Source: Blastocystis sp. Blastoise (Eukaryota > Protista > Bigyra: Opalinata). Taken from it: a stretch of 64,000 nt of DNA. A program made the translations under genes and the position numbers. Below the pieces are notes generated by a model. That model was given only the letters and a program-made list of their open reading frames with translations, was not told the origin of the DNA and made no database searches. Position 1 is the stretch's first letter. Each line of letters begins with the position of its first letter. Location of the stretch: the NCBI GenBank assembly GCA_039096225.1, contig JBBPEB010000011.1, positions 930,001 through 994,000 of the forward strand, given 5' to 3'. Shown one piece after another: positions 12,854-33,096 of the stretch.

Positions 12854-13929
12854 TATATATATATTCAATAACAAAATGAATTTGAAAAGTGTTATTAATA
12901 TAATATATGCGTAATAATAGTATTATTGTTAACACGAATATAAGGGGTGTATATAAAGAAGAAAATCCTATATATATATATTATATATATAATATACATT
13001 ATATATATAATTGAGAAAAGTTTGGATGGTATATCAAAAAAAAAAGAAGATAATTTAATACCAAAAGAGAACCAATATATATATGAAAATACTGGTAGAA
13101 AAATTGATGTAATAAAAAAAAAAGAAAAAAATTCAAAATGAAAGACAAAAGAAATAGTAGAAATATAAATAAAAGTATATACATATATATATAGAATCTA
13201 TATATAAATAAGAAATACTAGGAAAGCTTTCTAATATATATAGATATTAAACTGAAGATATTCCAAAAAAAACAAGGAATAATATAAATATATATATAAG
13301 TGAAAAGTAAATATAAGCTAATAATAGAATCAAAGGTTGAAAAGTCATGTGCAAAACATGTGATATCAAATCATCAGAAATATATATAATATAGTATATA
13401 GTATATATATGTTTAAAAAGGCCAAATAAATGGAACAAAGACATATATACATAATATATATATATTATATATATTATATATTTATAAATATATAAGAGAA
13501 GATTAAAAAAAAAAGAAATATTGAATATACATAATATAATGAAGTATTAATAGTATATATATTTATGTAGTAAATATATAATGATAATATCTATATATAT
13601 CAATATATATGATATATGCATAGTTTATTAAGATAGAAAAGAACTGAAGAATCCGTTCTATTGATATATATATATATATACAAAAAAATGAGAATATACT
13701 ATCATAATAAGAAATGGAAGTATAAAAAAGAAAATATATTAATCTATATAAATAACAATGAATATATATATATTAACTAGAAGAGAAAATATATAAAAAA
13801 AAGATACAATAATAAGATATTTATTGCAAAAAAAAAAAAATAGTAGCAGTGACATATATATATATATATAAATAATATATATATATATAGAATGAAACAC
13901 GTATATATAAAAATTTTGAAAGCACAACA

Positions 13930-13962
<33 letters not shown>

Positions 13963-14072
13963 ACTGTGTAAATAGAGTTAAAAGTGAAAGCGTTGTCTAA
14001 ATGAAAGAATACTGATATATATATACATGTATATATATATAGTATCTATATAGATAGCTCTCTATTTACACT

Positions 14073-14713
14073 TTAAGAATGAAAAAAAGTGACTACTCCA
14101 AGAGAGTTCGTCATAACCCCGCCAAAAAGAAGCGCGGGATCTTCGGAGGGAAAGAGGGTTACTCTACAGGAACAAGGGCAGGTGCATAAATAATCACGTT
14201 CACTATATATATAATATAAATAATATAAATATATATATACATATTTCCCACGGTTAAAAAAGGGTCAGGAGCCGTATTTGCAAGTATTTTATTAACATCA
14301 TATATAGCAAATCTATATATAATATAATATAATAGTATAAATATAATATAATAATATAATATAATATTATAAAATAGAATAAAATAATATAATAGTATAA
14401 TATATAATAGTATATATACCCATTAATTCCTGTAGCAATCACGTGACGAGTGTTCTTTTGATGTTCTAAAGAAAGAAATTGATCACATGCTCGAGTAGTG
14501 AATGAAGTTATTCTATAGAATTATATAAATATAAAATATATATCTCTAAATAGAAATGAATAAGAAGAATGTATTAATAAATACATATATACATTTTTGT
14601 ATGTATATTGATTTTAATAAGCATTCCTTCTTTATAATCACGGGAAACACCAGCAGATCCAAATAAAAAGTGAGACCCGTCAAGCATACAATGACACATA
14701 ATATTCTAAAGAA

Positions 14714-14793
<80 letters not shown>

Positions 14794-14906
14794 ATGTTTA
14801 TACATACATTAAGACGTGTATTCATTTCATATACAAATAATTCATCTAAAATATTATATATTTGAAAGACACCGTTTCTACTTACAAGGGAAATAAGATT
14901 ATCATC

Positions 14907-14954
<48 letters not shown>

Positions 14955-16935
14955 CTCTCTATATTTACAACAATACTTGTATATATATCATCCGTTTTTA
15001 AGAAAAATATATGAGCAATTATTCTTCCTATATATAAATATATATATATAAATATATATATATATAAATATATATAAATATACTTAAAATTAGATCTCCA
15101 TTTATTTTATCCATAGTAACGACACGAAGAGAATTATAAGAATCAATTATATAAACAACTAAATATCAATAATAAATATACTATTCTTAAAATAGGAAAG
15201 AAAATAATTATATATATAAAATAGTATATATACCTATATCTGCTAGAATAACTTGATCCTTTCTGTCACAGGGAGTTCGTATACATGAATGTATAATAGT
15301 AGCAGAGTCTTCAAGTATACTTCCTATAGAGGATAAGAGGGAGATAAAGAGAAGAGATAGATATATATATAGTTATAGAATTATATACAAAGAATAGTAA
15401 TAAAGAAATATAATTAATAATAATAAATAATATAAATAATATAATAATTAAATAATAAATAATATAATAAATAATATAAATAATATAAATAATAATAAAT
15501 AATATAAATAATAATAAATAATATAAATAATATAATAAATAATATAAATAATATAAATAATAATAAATAATATAAATAATATAATAAATAATATAAATAA
15601 TATAATAAATAATATAAATAATATAATAAATAATATAAATAATATAATTAAATTAATAAAATAAATACTCATAACATAGCTCTTGCGAATATCTTCATTA
15701 TTAATATAAATAGGAACAACTTCATGTGTAGTTACAACAAATATATAATTCTCATCACAATAATGGATCGTTTTAATTGGCTATATATGATATATATGTA
15801 AAATAAATAAGAAATACAATAATAACAGAAAAAACTTACATTTTCAAATGGAAATACTTTACAGCTAGAGGGAGGATCAAAAGTTAGAAATAAAAAGTGT
15901 GCATTCATTCCAAAAGAGGCACCAATAGCCATATATCTATTAGGGCAAAAAACGGCATTTGAAACATCTAGAAAATTCATAATAAAAGTGATAAAAATAA
16001 AATTAATTTTTATGTTGATGAACATACCATGCATCATACAATTATTGACAGAAAGAGGATACGAAATTCTCTAAAAAAAATAAGTAAATAAGAAAAAACA
16101 AATTAAATGCTTAAAAATACTCCACTGTTCTGGCATCTGAAATATTGAAAAAATTGTTTACACTGCTCATGTTCTTCAGGAGTTGAAAATTGAACTTAAA
16201 AAAAAATGTTAAATTACTTCAAATAACAAATAAGTGATTCAATAAAAAGACATCTGAATAATAATGAAGAATACTTACTGCTAACAATTTGAGACAAATT
16301 TTGGTGTGAACTCGCTGTCTGGATATATTGATAGTAAAAGTATGCAATAAAACCTATGAAAATGTAAATATAGCGTTAGGAAGTATATTCAATGGACAAT
16401 AAATAAATAAATAAATATATATACATCCATAAGGATTCAAAAGGAGACTTACATCGGGGAAATCAGAGCGAGGGGGTAAAGCGAATGGAAGGTTGATTTC
16501 TAAATAAGATCGGTTGGTAATACATATATATTTTTTTTTTATATATTTCATACGTTCAATTGGATATCCAGAGTTAGAATTATAAAGATATTTTGGGTCG
16601 ATTTTCTGCATCATACAAGCAACTTCATGTATCTATATATAAAGTAGAGTCTGAAATCACATATGCATACGTCTTCAATGCTATCCAAGTGTTCTGCTAA
16701 TGCAATTTGTTGTTGACAAAGACGATGTTTTTCCTCAATATTCCGTCTATATAGAACGTTAATAAGAATAAATTTATAAATACCTTTCTTCTGGTGAGAG
16801 AAGATTTTCATTGTAGTAAAGAAGGATGAATGGTTCCTTGAGTTGAGATTGATAACGAGCTAAATTATCTATATTTTCTTGATCTAGCTGTTCATTTTTT
16901 TGTAATAAGTAATCAGGAAATAAAGGATTGCTCAT
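14073..16935 (-). CDS. Multi-exon hypothetical protein; helical N-terminus, C-terminal half beta-rich (possibly WD40/beta-propeller-like)
   Basis: ATG at 16935 (MSNPLFPDYLLQKNEQLDQENIDNLARYQ). More than a dozen short exons are bounded by GT..AG. The last exons splice in frame to ...HVIATGINGFAIYDVNKILANTAPDPFLTVGNIERDYLCTCPCSCRVTLFPSEDPALLFGGVMTNSLGVVTFFHS* (TAA 14075-14073). The fold call is only an impression. Confidence 0.7.
14713..14791. repeat. (AAT)n intronic microsatellite
   Basis: Pure AAT run filling almost the entire intron. Confidence 0.95.
15410..15655. repeat. Intronic AATAATATA-type low-complexity repeat
   Basis: Imperfect 9-12-bp A/T-only units. Confidence 0.85.
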
Positions 16936-19377
16936 AATAATTAGTATAAGAAAAATAAAAAAATAATGTGAACTTTGTTTAATGAAAAGCTTCGTCAAAC
17001 ACAAAATCAACATAAAGCAAAAACCAATAGGATAACAGCTTGGTTTTAGCCAATCATATTCATTCTAAATGAGAAAATGGTTTCATTTTTTTTTTAAATT
17101 CTTGGTTTTTCTCGAAAAGTAAGGATTGGAAACAGATTCTAGTTTGTAAAAGTTTGATTTTGATACATGTTTAACATGAATAATATTTGTTTTTAGGTCA
17201 TATTCAATAGATATATAAATATATTGGTATTGTTTTGAAAGTTGTAAAATACTAAAAACAAATCGGCTTCGCTTCATTTTGAAGAGATTTGTTTATATTA
17301 TGGTAAGAGTGATGTTGTAAGAACTGTCAACGAATTGAAATGTTAATATTTGACACTTAAGACAAGAAATAAGAAAGAATAGCTCATTTCACCAAAGAGA
17401 AAAAGTGAATAATCATGGGAAAAAAGTATTTTTGACTAGAAAGTAGTGGTGTGTGTTCAAGGTCATTTTTTTCCTCACGTGCAATACAATATAAAGAATG
17501 AATAAATAGCTTTCTTTTATTGCTTTACTGTAAATGTCAATTATTTTAACAAGAAAAACTATTAATGCCAATTTCTTCAAACAATACGATGAATATGTTT
17601 TTGTTGTGATGTCATCTAACCGTTAACAAGGTAGATGTAGCTTTTGAGATGTTATTTTATGTGAAAATCATAATTTTAATTTCATTTTTTAATAATTATT
17701 TACAGCTTAAAGGAACCACTTACTTGAACATTGTATCTTTTTGCATCACATAGAATGAAGAATACCGACAAGATTAGTATGAGATTACCTAGCTTCGTCA
17801 CACGCTCAATATATAGCTTCATCAAAAGGGAGCTGGATCTTGTCTTCGCCAAAAAGATTTTTTTTTGTCTTCTAAAACTCGGACCATTTTTTAAAAATTA
17901 TTGGAATTAATATGATGTAGATCTTTCTTTAGACTCTTGATTTTAATATTATTTTTTAATGAAAATATTTTAATAGCTCAATGCTAAAACATATTCTTTT
18001 TGAAAGGCTATAGGAGTAGATCATTCATAAATGATATTGTCCTTTTATGTTTTTTTAGTATTTATATTACACTATAGGCTTTACACATTGCTTTCAAACC
18101 ATATTATATAGATAATGAATCATGACTTTAAGATAAAAAATTATGATTGACAAAAATCGAGTCAATAACTAATTATTTTTGTCCTTGATTTATAGAATAA
18201 CGTACAGAATTCATTGATATCTATTAAATGAACAAGATATGCTACATTAATAATTTTGCTCGTTGTACACGTTGTTCATTTGATTTTAAGAATACACCTA
18301 TGTCTGCATCTATGATAAGTGTGCAAATATTGAAAACAAAAATATATAATAATTCTTTTTTTGAAACAAGTCTTAGAAACGAATATTTTTGTTCTTTGTT
18401 CTGTTAACTATTTTGTGTTTGAACTGAATAAGAGCAGTTTTGAAAAATATATTTATATTTAGTATAAAGGTAAGACAATGTGAATAAGTCTTTAGATACA
18501 AAGTAGAATAACGCTTTGGTTTATTTTATAATTTTCTTTTTTATTATATAAAATAATGGCATATGCTCAATTCCATAATATAACAAAGTGAATACTGCGA
18601 TATACATACATTCCCTTACAAACAGTCATAAAACAGAGGTGTAATAGAAATATCTGAAAAATGGGAAAATAATTTGAGTCAAAATGAGGAAGATTCTAAC
18701 TCAAAAGTACGTTCTAACATAGAGTAGTTCATTGGTTAAATGGATTCGTTATTACATCAAGAACTAAATTACAATTTTATGTATACACGTTGAACTTGAA
18801 CTGACTCAAACCTCAGTTGTGAAGCATAACGAATAGAAACTACGGTCAGACAAAATAACTGACTACTTGTTGAAGGATGGAGTAATAAATAGTTGAGTAT
18901 GGTCATCCACAAAAACGAGTCGTGACACAATAGTCCTCCATATTGACGAGAAAGACTAAATCCAGGAAAAAAGAGGTTTTTTTTATCTATCCAGTATAAA
19001 TGGAGATGATTGGTTCCACCAAATCCAATTGTTCAATAAAATCAATCAGATAATGATGACAATGAAGTTGTCATTATAAGAAATAATAGGAAGATGGGAG
19101 AAACTTTTTCAAATGAAAGGATGAGAAATTCTCATGGAAATAGTAACAAAATGAAGGGTTTTTTAAAAATTTCATGTATCCTATTTTTAGAAATATCCAA
19201 TAAATTTAAAAAACCTTTAATTATTTGTCGCAAAAAGCAGGAAAAATGACACAGTCCCAATTTCGGTCATTCAATCAATTCCTTCTTTTCGTTTTTCTTA
19301 TCTCCAATTCTACTTCTCCTTTTTTTTGTTGTTTTTGGACAGTATTTGTTTTATTCTTTTTGTTGCAATAAAATCAA

Positions 19378-21849
<2,472 letters not shown>

Positions 21850-21924
21850 TTGTCATGTGCATCTTACTCTTTTTACTGGCTGTTTAATTGTGTTTGCTTG
21901 TGATTTATTGTTCATTTTTGGGTA

Positions 21925-21964
<40 letters not shown>

Positions 21965-22008
21965 TTGTAGTCAACTTGAAGTTTTTTTTCTTTGTGTTTT
22001 ATTTCATT

Positions 22009-22056
<48 letters not shown>

Positions 22057-22762
22057 TCTCCTTTTGAGTTATTACTACTATTTACATGAGTTTCTAGAGT
22101 TATATTTATTGTTGAATTATATGATTGTTTATATTTATATGTTTCATTTCATGTGAATTTTTTTCTGTTTGTAATATATATACAATATATATGTAATCAT
22201 TTATCTTATTATATTTTTTACTTTCTTTTCCAATTATTTTTTCATTTTATGCATATATACATACATATTGCTAGTTTTAACTGTTTTATAACATTTCTTC
22301 ATTATTCTTATTGTGTTTCCTATTCTTTAGATATTCTCTTTTTTTCCTTTTTTGTTATTTTTCTTATTCATATAAGTTTCTTTTCAAACAATTTACTTGT
22401 TTATATAATTATATTACATTTTATGAATGCTTTGTTACATTCTTTTGTTATTTGTTTATACATTGAAGCTTATGAATTCAATTATTGTTTGGTTCATTTT
22501 CAAGTGGTTTACTTTATTGTTATCATATACATTCTTTCAAATATATATATTTATATATATAATTTATATTTAAAAATTAATAGTCTTCAAATATATATAA
22601 ATGAATTGTGTATAGAATTAAAAGCAACAAAGCAAAACAATATTCATATAAATAAAAATGTATAATGTATATAAAGAAGTGTATATTTATATATTCAGAG
22701 CGAATAGTCAAAAATAATACATTTCATGGAATACATACAACTGTCATAAAGTATATATTATT

Positions 22763-24092
22763 TTAGTTTGTAGGATTATTTCTTCTATTCTATATATATA
22801 TATTATAAATATATAAATGTATATTCAAGAATTTAAATATATATATACGAAATTTCTATTTACAGGACGTCTACTTACATGAGAACGATCTATAAAGGTA
22901 ATTAAATAAATATAAATAATAATAAAAAAAAAAGTCAAGTCAATAGTTTATATACTTGGAACAATAGCTTTTTCATTACTATAGAAATAAAAAATAAAAA
23001 ATAAAATATATTCACAAATATATAAAAGTATATTTACGGGAATGTTACTTTGACTTGAGCACCAGGAGGTAATTGAAATATTGGTTCTCTAATTTCTATA
23101 ATAATATATAATAAATAATAATATATAATAATAATATAAAATAAATAATAATAATAATATAAAATAAATAATATATATACGTTTATGTTTAAGAACACTA
23201 ACAACACGTTGAGCACTATATATATAAATTATATAATTATATAAAGGAAGAAATAACCATATAATAAAATAAATATATAATAATATAAAATAATAAAATA
23301 AACTAAATAAATTAGTATATATATATATATACGGTGCACGGTTAGGAATAACTCTAGTAATATGTCTCTCTTGGTTTCTAAATGTATTATTATTCTTCTT
23401 AATAGTACGATGGAAAGTAGGAACAGGACGAGATGAAACGGGAACCACGTTACGAGTATTTATTGGTCGGCGAGGAATACTATTCATATTGGAATTACGA
23501 ACAGGTCTTGAAAAACGTCTTCCAGGAGTTTGCTAAATAGAAATATATTTATAATACTTATTGATAGACATCTATACTACAAAATAAAAATAATATTGAA
23601 AAAGACAAAAAAAAATAACTATTGTCACATTAAGTATAGAATTTTACTCTAGTCATTCTTCCATTTTGATTGTTTTGATTTAGATTATTATTTTGATTGG
23701 TGGTATTATTGATATTTCTTCTTTGATTTCTGCGAGGTTGTCCATTACTAGTATTTCTCATGTTTCGACGATTATTAGTATTCGTTTGTTGAACTTGAGG
23801 TTGAACATCAGTGGTAGCTTTTTCAGTAGCTTTTTTGTTTTTCTCTGCATCAACAAGATCCGCTATAAATTTAAAAAATATATTTACATAAAATAAGCAT
23901 AAAAAGTGTTATATACCTAAGGCAACGCTGTTTAATTCTACATCCATGACTAGAATAAATCATATAATTATGTTAAAATACATATTATTAAACAAGAATA
24001 CTTATTTGATCTTTTACGAAGAAGAATCGATTCTTTAAGACCTGTAAGGAATAAAGTAAGAAAGAATATTCAAATTATACTGAAACTGTCAT
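22763..24092 (-). CDS. Small Arg/Asn-rich, probably disordered protein (possible RNA-binding/mRNA-export adaptor-like); ~10 exons
   Basis: Exons splice in frame: MTVS-VLKNRFFFVKDQI-IMDVELNSVAL-ADLVDAEKNKK...NNRRNMRN...-QTPGRRFSRPVRN...-EIREPIFQLPPGAQVKVTFP-...-NRRNNPTN* (TAA 22765-22763). The true start could be the internal MDVELN. Confidence 0.7.
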
Positions 24093-24379
24093 CGCAATTT
24101 TAAATTTGAATTTATATTTTCTATATAATTTTCTCACATCTGATTACGTTTTTGTCTTTTTGTTTTTTTCGCCTTAACCTTTAGAGAAAAAATTCGAAAA
24201 ATACATTTCAATAAAATATCGAGAATACTCTATGGTATTATTCTTTTAAATAATCATGCTTGAAATCAAACAAAAAACCGCGATTTTTAAGAATGACTTC
24301 GAATATTTTCTTTTTTATTGATCCTTGTTTTATTATTTGAAATTTTGCTTTTTATTCATTATCTAGAATACTGTTCATA
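24093..24379. promoter_or_regulatory. Compact divergent (bidirectional) promoter containing AAAACCGCGATTTT
   Basis: 287 bp between head-to-head ATGs. The motif is at 24274-24287. Confidence 0.5.
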
Positions 24380-24962
24380 ATGGATGCAATAAAATTAGAA
24401 GGTAATACTCTGATTTTTCCAAAATCAAGTGATTATTCAAGTTGTTCTATGGAGTCTGAGTATTCAAATAATATTAAAATCGAAATTTTAAACTCAGATC
24501 AAGTATCTTCAGAAATCCAAAATGAACTTCAACTTAATCCTGTGTATTTTCTGGTTCTTTTATAAATAATCCTATTACATATGCCTATATCTTTATATAG
24601 AATCATATCAAATATGGCAATTATAGGTAATAATGGTCATTGTCTATATTATCAAAGAGATGGTATATTCTTTTAATCATTATATGTTTATATGCTTTAT
24701 TTTTTAAAAGAATTATTAAATCTTCTCTTGGCTTAACTATTGTTATCATATATATAGGAGAAGAAAATGTATTTTTTTTCAAATTTATTTGTTTTTTATC
24801 TCTTTTCTATTAGATTCCTTTATCTTCATATGAATCATTTTCAGAGACAATTCAGCCACCTTCATCCATTGATTGTATAACCCCTATAAAGAGCATATAT
24901 CCTTATACAAATGTAACACCAACAAATGTACGAGAAGATGTTACTCATGTATATATTATTAT

Positions 24963-25042
<80 letters not shown>

Positions 25043-25206
25043 TTTTGAGTCAAGAGATGATTATTCCATAAATGAAGATCAATGTAAGCTATAGTTATAT
25101 ATGCTTATAGTTTTTTTTTCATATTCATATTATTAGATTATATATATATATATATAGCTTTTACATCACAATCATTCATGCAACTTCCTGAAGAATTAGA
25201 AGAAGA

Positions 25207-25252
<46 letters not shown>

Positions 25253-25457
25253 CTATTACTTTTTTACATATAGTTTTAATACTATTCAAAAGAATATGTT
25301 ATATGCATTTTCATATCTACAAAAAACAGTATATATTTGAAAATTTCATTTTATTTAAAATTCAATTATATATATATAATCATTTTTTATATAGTCAAAA
25401 GCATTATTAAAAGAAAATATACAACTTAAACAAAAATATTGTCAATCACAACACTAA
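24380..25457 (+). CDS. Hypothetical protein with short C-terminal coiled-coil-like segment; 8 exons including an 11-nt microexon
   Basis: In-frame splicing gives MDAIKLEGNTLIFPK...-IISNMAIIGNNGHCLYYQRD-GEEN-IPLSSYESF...-SKALLKENIQLKQKYCQSQH* (TAA 25455-25457). Confidence 0.7.
24968..25039. repeat. (TA)n intronic microsatellite (one of many)
   Basis: Pure TA run ending at the AG acceptor. Confidence 0.95.
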
Positions 25458-25791
25458 ATATATATATATAAAGTTATTCATGTTGTTATTTCTATTTTGT
25501 GTGTCACTTATTTGTCTTTTGTCTTTTATTTTTTGATAGTCATGTGTTTCTAAAATATTTCATTGATGGGCTTTTATCTTATCGTTGAATTTAATACATT
25601 TCTCTAAGCAAAAAAAACTTTTTTAAAGAATGGTTCATGAATTGTTTCAAATTTTAATTCAATAATTTAAAGGCCTGGACTGAGGTTCATCAATTTTACA
25701 GTTAACGATATGATTTAGTAAAATTATTTTGTACTAACCAAAACTTGAAAGATATTTTTTTCTTCAAAAATAATATTCTGCTTTTACAAAA

Positions 25792-29881
<4,090 letters not shown>

Positions 29882-31714
29882 TTCTATTAAATTAATATAT
29901 ATAAATATTATTTATTAAAAAAGATATATCTTTTTTTGTAAATTTTCTTGACTCTATATGAATCTACTCAATAGATAATTTTGTTTTCTATTCATGGTAT
30001 TTTATTTGGTCGTTTTGCATTTAATTTACTACTACTTTTCTGAAATACAATATATCTATATTTTTATATAACCAGTAATGTCATAAAATATACATTCAAT
30101 TTGACAACATCTTATGTTTTATCTAACGATGTTATATTTACAAATTGAGAAACATTTCACAAATTTCTAAGATTTACACACAATTATATATATCAGATAT
30201 GTATACAGAAAATAGAACTATAATATTATAATTACTTTCTCATTTCTGTCAATAGAATTGTGTAATAAGAAAAAAGAATTGGCTCATATTTGCATACTAC
30301 TATAATATTCGAACGTAATAGCAATGTAAACCATCTTTACATATTAATTATATATCAAATAGAATCTTTTTCAACATTATTAATTTGACATCTAATTAAT
30401 TTAAGAATTCTATTATGAAAAAAAGCTTAAATAAGTATTACACTCATTTTATAGAAAAGAATCTTCTAGCAAAAAAGTGATGACATAGATACTTGGCACT
30501 ATAAAAAAAAGTCTTATTTTTATTGCTATCATTGTATGAAGTACTATATGTTGCTCCTGTCGTATATACTCATTTCTAACCAATAGTTTTACTCTTAATA
30601 CATGCGTAACATTTCATTCAATATTTCATTATAATAGTTAAATCACCTATTACATACGTATAAGAATATAAATATAAAGATTATTAAAGAAAAAAAGAAA
30701 TAACTTGACATTCAAATCCAACATAATTTATCTTTCTGCTGCAAGAACTACATACCTGTAATGTAGACTAAATGTTGAAGAATAAAAACTTATTTATATG
30801 CTATATATCTATAATAATTTTTCAAAATACAGCTTCATTGTTTTTTAGATAAACTTTTTATTATATTTTTTGATTGACTCTATATAAAAGAATAATGATT
30901 TTAATATTTTAATATTTTTATTCGTTGAATACATTTTCTTATTAGCCGCGTACTGTACGTAGAGTTAGCAAAGAATCTTTCATAATTGACTCTGATGTTT
31001 TCATGATTATTATTAAAATGAAATTTATTTAGTAATTTAGTAATTCCAATGTATTATTAAGTTTAATATATATATATAAATCATGATTTTATGATATATA
31101 CTTCATGTCTTGTAATTGATGTTATGTTTCTTATTAAAGAATATCTGGTTTTTTATATCCTGCAATGTTTTCAAACTCATTAAAAATGAGATATTATATT
31201 TTTTTAGATATTTAAGTCAAATTGTTGGTCAAAATTTAAAAGAATATTCTTATTTAAAGAAATGTACACATAGTTTGGACACTAATTGTAGATTGTTCTA
31301 GACACAAAATATAACTGAGAGTCAAATTATATCATTTAATTAATTTGTCTGGTGTTGCAACAAAATGCATTATGAAGTTGTTTTGATGCTAATAAATGTA
31401 AGATATTATAAAAATAAACATACATATTTGTTAAAATATGCTTTTAATACTATTCTGAAATAATGATAGAACATAAATCATAATTTTCTAATAATGAAAA
31501 CGATATGATATTGATAAAAACGTATATAGATTTAAAAAAAAAACGTCTATGTTTAAATTAAACTATTGTAATGTTGACTGATAATTAATTACAATAGAAT
31601 AATAGCTTAAAACAATGTGAGCAAGAAATATACTAACAAATTATATATAAAATATGAATAAAAAGTCATAAACAATAACAATAAAACAAATAAGCATACA
31701 AAAAGGGCAAATGT

Positions 31715-32298
31715 TTAATCGTTTTTCTTTTCTTCAGAAGTTTTTTCTTCATGAGATTCTACAGATTCTTCAGTGTGTTTAGGAGAAATATGTTCTTTAC
31801 TAGCTTCTCTATAGGCTTGATATTGACTGAGTAATGAAGGAAGGCATAATAATAAATAACTTAAAAGAACAGAAAGAACGTTTATAGCAATGTTTCTTTG
31901 ATATTTAACTATTTTTCTTATTAAATGTTTATAGTCTTTACTAGCATTTCTTCTATGATCAAGTTCAGTAAGATTATAAGCATGAGAAGCACTACTCATT
32001 TTATAGATGTTGTCTATTTAAATATACTTGTAAATATTGTTATCCAATTAAAAAAATTAATAAAAAAAAAGATAAAAAAAAACATACAAATGATATAACC
32101 AACACTTCCGATAAGAGTAACCCAATTGATAGGTACAGCTTTATTTAAGAAAGCCATGTATTTCGAACGTAAAACAGCACCAATAGGTAAAGTGAGAATC
32201 AACACACCAATAAATTGGATGATATCGATAGCAACAAAAGCAATATAATTGAGATTAAGAGCCTCAATGTTTGCAGTAACAATACGAGGAATACGCAT
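31715..32298 (-). CDS. BAP31/BAP29/Yet-family ER membrane protein; 2 exons
   Basis: Intron 32087-32014 joins the two ORF-track pieces (GYII-YNIYKMSSASH). Three hydrophobic segments, ILTLP after TM1, KIVKYQRNIAI (family QRN motif) before TM3, and a C-terminal KKND (KKxx ER-retrieval signal). Confidence 0.75.
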
Positions 32299-32439
32299 TT
32301 TATTTTATACTCAAAGATTAAATAATTATATCAATTTTTTTTTTTCTTCTTGAGAAGATCATGGAACTTCCAGAAGAAACACAAATTCTTTTCTCTTAGA
32401 AAAACTTCTGTTTATTATATTTGATTACTCTATCACCAA

Positions 32440-32660
32440 ACTGTACTTTTTCAACAGGGTTTGCCATAGGCGATCCAAGTTATAATGCATTCCAAAAGTT
32501 TTTATCCTACGCCTTGAGCCACCAACAGTACCCCCTACAACTGGTTCTTTTGGGTTCTTTGTACCCCAGTAGAGTCTTCATGGCGAACCCTGAATGTAGG
32601 TTAGCGCCGAACACTAAGAAAGTTTTTCTGTATGCCTTAAGAGTCGCAAAGTACCCATAA
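32440..32660. ncRNA. Candidate structured non-coding RNA of unknown family
   Basis: ~44% GC by hand count (96/220) in AT-rich intergenic DNA. Nested complementary segments: 32443-32449/32648-32654 and 32455-32467/32580-32592, plus internal hairpins. Confidence 0.4.
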
Positions 32661-33096
32661 AAACGGTTTAAAGAACTTTTTTTCTACAAAAGAATTCTTG
32701 TGGCGGACCTTAGTTTTTCAAAAGTCAAATTTGGCCTGTATATCAACATGATTCTTTAATGAAAAAGTTGGCCTACCCTAAAAAGGCTTCTTTTCACAAC
32801 ATTGTTGAACTCAATAAAAACTGGCTCTCTAAATATCTCAAGAGAGTTTTTTTGCTGATAAGAAATAATTCTTGGTAATTTGGTTAAGGTGTTGACAAAA
32901 AAATAAATTCTTGTGTTATTTGTTGTTCAAAGCTTAGCTGTGTATAACATAATAAAGTATTTATTTTTTTAAAAGTCAAGCATCATTTACGATACCTTTA
33001 TATTTCAGAAAGAATAAACTTCGACAAATGAAACAAAACAATACCACGTTTGAAACTATTGATTAAATCTTGCTGTTATATAAACAAATTGTATAT

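Noticed and set aside
11653-13930. Cluster of short I/Y/F-rich ORFs on both strands
   Set aside because: Composition is what AT-rich low-complexity DNA gives by chance, and I could not build a consistent exon chain.
17000-19377. Hidden gene or mobile element in the long intergenic regions (also 5736-7900 and 29882-31714)
   Set aside because: By eye I found no sustained reading frame, exon chain, terminal repeats or transposase/RT motifs. The short ORFs listed there look random.
24293-24379. Upstream ATG joined in frame through a GA-AG intron to the 24380 gene
   Set aside because: It needs a non-canonical GA donor with no supporting evidence. The ATG at 24380 is sufficient.
32438-32520. Assignment of the GC island to U3 snoRNA, TPP riboswitch or telomerase RNA
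   Set aside because: The TACTT...CAGGG...ATAG resemblance to the U3 5' end lacks boxes C', B and C. GCGTAGG on the - strand lacks the TPP CTGAGA/ACCTGA elements. I found no clear 1.5x telomeric template.
32421-32660. 79-aa ORF over the GC island
   Set aside because: TTG start, G/C-ending codons unlike the local genes, no recognisable motif. Base-pairing explains the composition better.
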